64,000 nt of DNA, taken from contig OY970192.1 of NCBI GenBank assembly GCA_963708135.1, positions 1,888,001 through 1,952,000 of the forward strand, in the 5' to 3' direction. Source of the DNA: an uncultured Gemmatimonadales bacterium. GTDB lineage: Bacteria; Gemmatimonadota; Gemmatimonadetes; Longimicrobiales; RSA9. Of the stretch, positions 59,795 to 64,000 are shown piece by piece. The stretch's first letter is position 1. Every line of letters begins with the position of its first letter. The notes beneath the pieces are model-generated. The model was not told where the DNA came from. It worked only from the letters and a program-made list of their open reading frames with translations, and did no database searches. The translations under genes were made by a program, and so were the position numbers.

Positions 59795-61270
59795 ATGGCG
59801 ACGACAGAGATCCAGGTCGAGCGCAGGGCACCGAACCAGCTCTACATCGGCGGCGAGTGGGTGGACGCGCGGAGCGGCGCCACGTTCGACACGCGGCACC
59901 CGGCCACGGGCGAGGTGCTGGCGCACGTGGCGGAGGCGGGGGCGGAGGACATCGCGGCGGCGGTGGCCGCGGCGCGCGCGGCGCTGCGGGAGGGCCAGTG
60001 GAGCGACATGGACGCGGCCGACCGCGGTGAGCTCCTGTGGCGGATCGCGGATGGGATCGCGGCGCGGGCGGAGGAGCTGACCCGGCTCGAGGTGCTGGAC
60101 AACGGCAAGCCGTACCGCGAGGCGAAGATCGACATCCGGCAGGCGGTGGACGCCTTCCGCTACTTCGCCGGCTGGACGACGAAGCTGGGCGGGGAGACGA
60201 TCCCCGTGCGCGGCAAGATCCTCAACTACACGCTGCGCGAGCGGGTGGGGGTGGTGGGCGCGATCATCCCGTGGAACTTCCCGCTGCTCATGGCCGCGTG
60301 GAAGGTGGCGCCCGCGCTGGCGTGCGCGAACGCGGTGGTGCTGAAGCCGGCGGAGCAGACCCCGCTCACGGCGCTCGAGCTCGCGGCGATCGCCGCGGAC
60401 GCGGGGCTGCCGGGGGGCGTGCTGAACGTCGTTCCCGGCTTCGGCGAGACGGCGGGCGCTGCGCTCGTGCGGCACCCGGACGTGGACAAGATCGCCTTCA
60501 CGGGCTCCACGGCTGTTGGCCGGGTCATCATGCGTGAGGCGGCGGACACACTGAAGAAGGTCTCGCTCGAGCTGGGCGGGAAGTCGCCCAACATCGTGTT
60601 CGCGGACGCGGACCTCGATGCCGCAGCGCGCGGCGCCTTTTCCGGGATCTTCTACAACGCGGGGCAGTGCTGCACGGCGGGGTCCCGCCTGCTGGTGCAG
60701 AGCTCCATCCACGACGCCTTCATGGGGCGGCTGGTCGAGCGGGCCCGGAAGCTCGTGCCCGGCGACCCGCTGGATCCCGCGACGCGCATGGGGCCGCTCG
60801 TCTCGGAGGAGCAGCTGGAGCGGGTCCTCGGCTATATCGAGCGGGGCAAGGAGGAGGGCGCCGCGGTGCTGACCGGCGGCCGCCGGGCGGCCTACGCGGG
60901 CCGCGAGGTCGGCTACTGGGTCGAGCCCACCATCTTCGACCTCGTACACCCCGACCACACGATCGCCCGGGAAGAGATCTTCGGTCCGGTGCTCGCTGCC
61001 ATGAGCTTCGGCGACGAGGACGAGGCCGTGCAGCTGGCCAACGACACGCCCTACGGCCTGGCGGCGGCGGTCTGGACGAGCGATCTGAAGCGGGCGCACC
61101 GCATGGCGAGCCGGATCCACGCCGGCACGGTCTGGATCAACACCTACCATCCCCTGGACGCTGCCTCTCCGTTCGGCGGCTACAAGGAGTCGGGCTACGG
61201 GCGCGAGCTGGGCGCGCACGCGCTCGACCTCTACACGCAGGTCAAGAGCGTCTGGGTCGACCTGAGCTGA
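59795..61270 (+). CDS. Aldehyde dehydrogenase
   Basis: [48 protein letters not shown]. Confidence 0.95.
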   Translation: MATTEIQVERRAPNQLYIGGEWVDARSGATFDTRHPATGEVLAHVAEAGAEDIAAAVAAARAALREGQWSDMDAADRGELLWRIADGIAARAEELTRLEVLDNGKPYREAKIDIRQAVDAFRYFAGWTTKLGGETIPVRGKILNYTLRERVGVVGAIIPWNFPLLMAAWKVAPALACANAVVLKPAEQTPLTALELAAIAADAGLPGGVLNVVPGFGETAGAALVRHPDVDKIAFTGSTAVGRVIMREAADTLKKVSLELGGKSPNIVFADADLDAAARGAFSGIFYNAGQCCTAGSRLLVQSSIHDAFMGRLVERARKLVPGDPLDPATRMGPLVSEEQLERVLGYIERGKEEGAAVLTGGRRAAYAGREVGYWVEPTIFDLVHPDHTIAREEIFGPVLAAMSFGDEDEAVQLANDTPYGLAAAVWTSDLKRAHRMASRIHAGTVWINTYHPLDAASPFGGYKESGYGRELGAHALDLYTQVKSVWVDLS

Positions 61271-61274
61271 AGCC

Positions 61275-62474
61275 ATGAGAGAAGCCTGGATCATCGATGC
61301 CGTGCGAACCCCCGTTGGGCGGCACGGCGGCGCGCTCGCCAGCGTGCGGCCGGACGACCTGGCGGCGCATGCGGTGCGTGCGCTCATGGAGCGCACCGGC
61401 GTGGCGCCCGCGCTCGTCGAGGACGTGATCCTCGGCTGCGCCAACCAGGCGGGCGAGGACAACCGGAACGTGGCGCGCATGGCGGCGCTGCTGGCGGGCT
61501 TCCCGGACAGCGTGCCCGGCCAGACGGTGAACCGCCTGTGCGGCTCCGGGCTGCAGGCGGCGAACGACGCGTTCCACGCCATTCGCGCCGGCGAGGGCGA
61601 GGTCTTCGTGGTTGGCGGAGTGGAGTCCATGAGCCGGGCGCCCTTCGTGCTGCTGAAGCCGGCGGAGGGCTACGCCCGCGGAGCCCCGGAGCTGGCCGAC
61701 ACCGTGCTGGGCTGGCGCTTCGTCAACCCCGCCTTCCCCGCGGACACGACGGTCGGGCTCGGCGAGACGGCCGAGCGCGTGGCGGAGCGCTGGGGCGTCT
61801 CGCGCGAGGACCAGGACGCCTTCGCGCTCGAGAGCCAGCGGCGCGCGGCCGAGGCACAGCGCGCCGGGCGCTTCGCGGACGAGATCGTCCCGATCGAGCT
61901 GCCGCAGCGGAAAGGACCGCCCGTCCGGGTGGAGGCGGACGAGCACCCGCGCCCCAACACGACGGCCGAGAAGCTGGCCCAGCTCAGGCCCGCGTTCAGG
62001 AAGAACGGCACCGTCACGGCCGGCAACGCGTCGGGGCTGAACGATGGCGCCGCGGCGCTGCTCGTCGTCGAGGCGGAGCGGGCGCGTGCCTTGGGGCTTA
62101 CGCCGCTCGCCCGCATCATTGCCAGCGCCGTGGCCGGCGTAGCGCCGGATGTCATGGGCATGGGGCCGGTGCCCGCGACCCGCCGGGCGCTGGAGCGCGC
62201 CGGCATCGGTACGGGCGACGTCGCCCTCTACGAGGTCAACGAGGCGTTCGCCTCCCAGAGCGTAGCGTGCGTGCGGGAGCTCGGGCTCGATCCCGCGCGC
62301 GTCAACGTCAACGGCGGCGCCATCGCGCTCGGGCACCCGCTCGGCTGCTCCGGCGCCCGCATCCTCACGACCCTGGTTCACGAGCTGCGCCGGCGGGGCG
62401 GCGGCTACGGCGTCGCCACCATGTGCATCGGCGTGGGCCAGGGCATCGCGACCGTGGTGAAGGCAGACGAATGA
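61275..62474 (+). CDS. Acetyl-CoA C-acyltransferase, 3-oxoadipyl-CoA thiolase (PcaF/PaaJ)-like
   Basis: [58 protein letters not shown]. Confidence 0.9.
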   Translation: MREAWIIDAVRTPVGRHGGALASVRPDDLAAHAVRALMERTGVAPALVEDVILGCANQAGEDNRNVARMAALLAGFPDSVPGQTVNRLCGSGLQAANDAFHAIRAGEGEVFVVGGVESMSRAPFVLLKPAEGYARGAPELADTVLGWRFVNPAFPADTTVGLGETAERVAERWGVSREDQDAFALESQRRAAEAQRAGRFADEIVPIELPQRKGPPVRVEADEHPRPNTTAEKLAQLRPAFRKNGTVTAGNASGLNDGAAALLVVEAERARALGLTPLARIIASAVAGVAPDVMGMGPVPATRRALERAGIGTGDVALYEVNEAFASQSVACVRELGLDPARVNVNGGAIALGHPLGCSGARILTTLVHELRRRGGGYGVATMCIGVGQGIATVVKADE

Positions 62475-63298
62475 ACGACCATCCCATCGTGCTGGAGCGC
62501 GACGGCACCATCGGCTGGATCCGCATCAACCGGCCGGAACGCCTGAACGCCTTCTCCGGGACCATGCGAGAGCAGCTGGATGAGGCCCTCGCGGCGCTCG
62601 AGGCCGAGGATGACGTTCGCTGCGTCATCGTGACCGGCGTCGGCCGCGCCTTCTCCACCGGAGGCGACGTATCGGTCATGGCCTCCCTCATCGACTCCGG
62701 CGACGTCGAATCGTTCGAGCGTCTCGTCCGCGCCGGCGCCCGCGTGGTCGAGCGGATCGAGCGCATGAGGAAGCCGGTGATCGCCGCGGTCAACGGCCCC
62801 GCGGCCGGCGCGGGCGCCTGCCTCGCCCTCGCCTGCGACCTCAGGATCGCGTCGGAGACCGCCTCGATCGGCTTCGCCTTCGCCCGCGTCGGGCTCCACC
62901 CGGACTGGGGCGGCAGCTACTTCCTGCCCCGCCTGGTCGGCCCGGCGCTGGCCGCCGAGCTCGTCTACACGGGCGGCATGATCGGCGCCGAGCGCGCCGA
63001 GCGACTGGGGCTGTTCAACCGGGTGGTGCCCGCCGCCGAGCTGGAGCCGGCGGCACGCGGCATGGCCGGCCAGATCGCGGCGGGCCCCGCGGGCGTGATC
63101 GCGCACGCCAAGAAATCACTGCGCGCGAGCCTCACAAGCGACTTGAACAGAATGCTGGAACTAGAGACCGAAGCTCAGCTTGCGGCGTTCGCCTCGCCCG
63201 ATTTCCGGGAGGGGATCACGGCGTTCCTCGAGAAGCGGGCGCCCCGCTTCGGGAAGCGGTCGAACGGGGCGCACGGCACCCACCGGGAAGGAGCCTGA
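62471..63298 (+). CDS. Enoyl-CoA hydratase/isomerase, PaaG-like
   Basis: [54 protein letters not shown]. Confidence 0.88.
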   Translation: MNDHPIVLERDGTIGWIRINRPERLNAFSGTMREQLDEALAALEAEDDVRCVIVTGVGRAFSTGGDVSVMASLIDSGDVESFERLVRAGARVVERIERMRKPVIAAVNGPAAGAGACLALACDLRIASETASIGFAFARVGLHPDWGGSYFLPRLVGPALAAELVYTGGMIGAERAERLGLFNRVVPAAELEPAARGMAGQIAAGPAGVIAHAKKSLRASLTSDLNRMLELETEAQLAAFASPDFREGITAFLEKRAPRFGKRSNGAHGTHREGA

Positions 63299-64000
63299 TG
63301 CCGGGGCGGATGGCCGTCATCGGGGCCGGAACCATGGGCCACGGGATCGCCCAGGCCGCGGCCGCGGCGGGGTGGCAGGCGACGCTGGTGGACGAGGTGC
63401 CGGCGGCGACGGAGGGGGCGCTGCGCCGGATCCGCGCGAACCTGGATGCGGGCGTGGAGCGCGGGAAGGTGACGTCCGAGGAGCGGGAGCGGGTGCTGGC
63501 GCGCGTGCACGGAGCGAGCGAGCTCTCCGCGGCGGTGAGCGCGGCGGACGTGGTCGTGGAGGCGGTGCCGGAGCGGCTGGAGCTGAAGGCGAGCGTCTTC
63601 CGGCGCGTGGAGGAGAGCGCGCCGGTGGCGTCGTTGCTGGCGACGAACACGTCGAGCCTGAGCGTGACGGCGCTCCAGGAGCGGCTGACGCATCCCGGGC
63701 GCGTGGTCGGGCTGCACTTCTTCAATCCCGTCCACATCATGAAGCTGGTGGAGGTGGTGCGCGGTCGGCACACCGCGGACGCGACGGTGGCGGCGGCCGT
63801 CGCGCTGGCGCGCGAGCTGGGGAAGGATCCGATCGTCGTGAAGGACAGCCCCGGGTTCGCATCCTCGAGGCTCGGGATCGCGCTGGGGATGGAAGCGATC
63901 CGGATGCTGGAGGAAGGCGTCGCGAGCGCGGAGGACATCGACAAGGCGATGGAGCTCGGATACCGGCATCCAATGGGGCCGCTGCGGCTGACGGACCTGG
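63298..64000 (+). CDS. 3-hydroxyacyl-CoA dehydrogenase (3' partial)
   Basis: Hand translation gives [50 protein letters not shown]; runs off the window. Confidence 0.92.
   Translation, partial: MPGRMAVIGAGTMGHGIAQAAAAAGWQATLVDEVPAATEGALRRIRANLDAGVERGKVTSEERERVLARVHGASELSAAVSAADVVVEAVPERLELKASVFRRVEESAPVASLLATNTSSLSVTALQERLTHPGRVVGLHFFNPVHIMKLVEVVRGRHTADATVAAAVALARELGKDPIVVKDSPGFASSRLGIALGMEAIRMLEEGVASAEDIDKAMELGYRHPMGPLRLTDL

Overview
This is a very GC-rich bacterial chromosomal segment made mostly of core genes on the minus strand. The protein content and gene order suggest a Gemmatimonadota-like, diderm FCB-group organism, which is an inference. From left to right it carries: a 3'-truncated type IIG-like restriction-modification gene; pccB; an LpoA-like lipoprotein; rpsA-cmk-aroA-rnz; tRNA-Leu(UAA); rpe-rpiA; an outer-membrane beta-barrel; an arginine operon with argR; mlaE; tRNA-Cys and tRNA-Gly; a GH125-like gene divergent from a TonB-dependent receptor; recN-nadK-dxs-ispA-xseB-xseA-folD-rny-zapA; pheT-pheS; rplT-rpmI-infC; a second TonB-like protein; pepA-icd-gltA; a feoA/BON/Hsp20 islet; tRNA-Leu(CAA); floA-nfeD; and a TetR-led aromatic-CoA/beta-oxidation cluster that runs off the right edge. 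The most striking observation is missing from the ORF track because the frame has no stop inside the window. The restriction-modification polypeptide (nuclease + m6A methyltransferase + TaqI_C-like specificity region) continues in frame into a Pol-beta-type minimal nucleotidyltransferase (MNT) domain (GS...DxD), a candidate fused defence system. Other notable signals are a GTTC-N7-GTTC LexA-type box on a leaderless recN promoter, a sigma54 promoter, an L20-leader-like attenuator, clustered D-T/S-x sequons, a G1-A72 tRNA-Gly and a terminator-containing leader before feoA. I saw no CRISPR array, transposase, integrase or rRNA.
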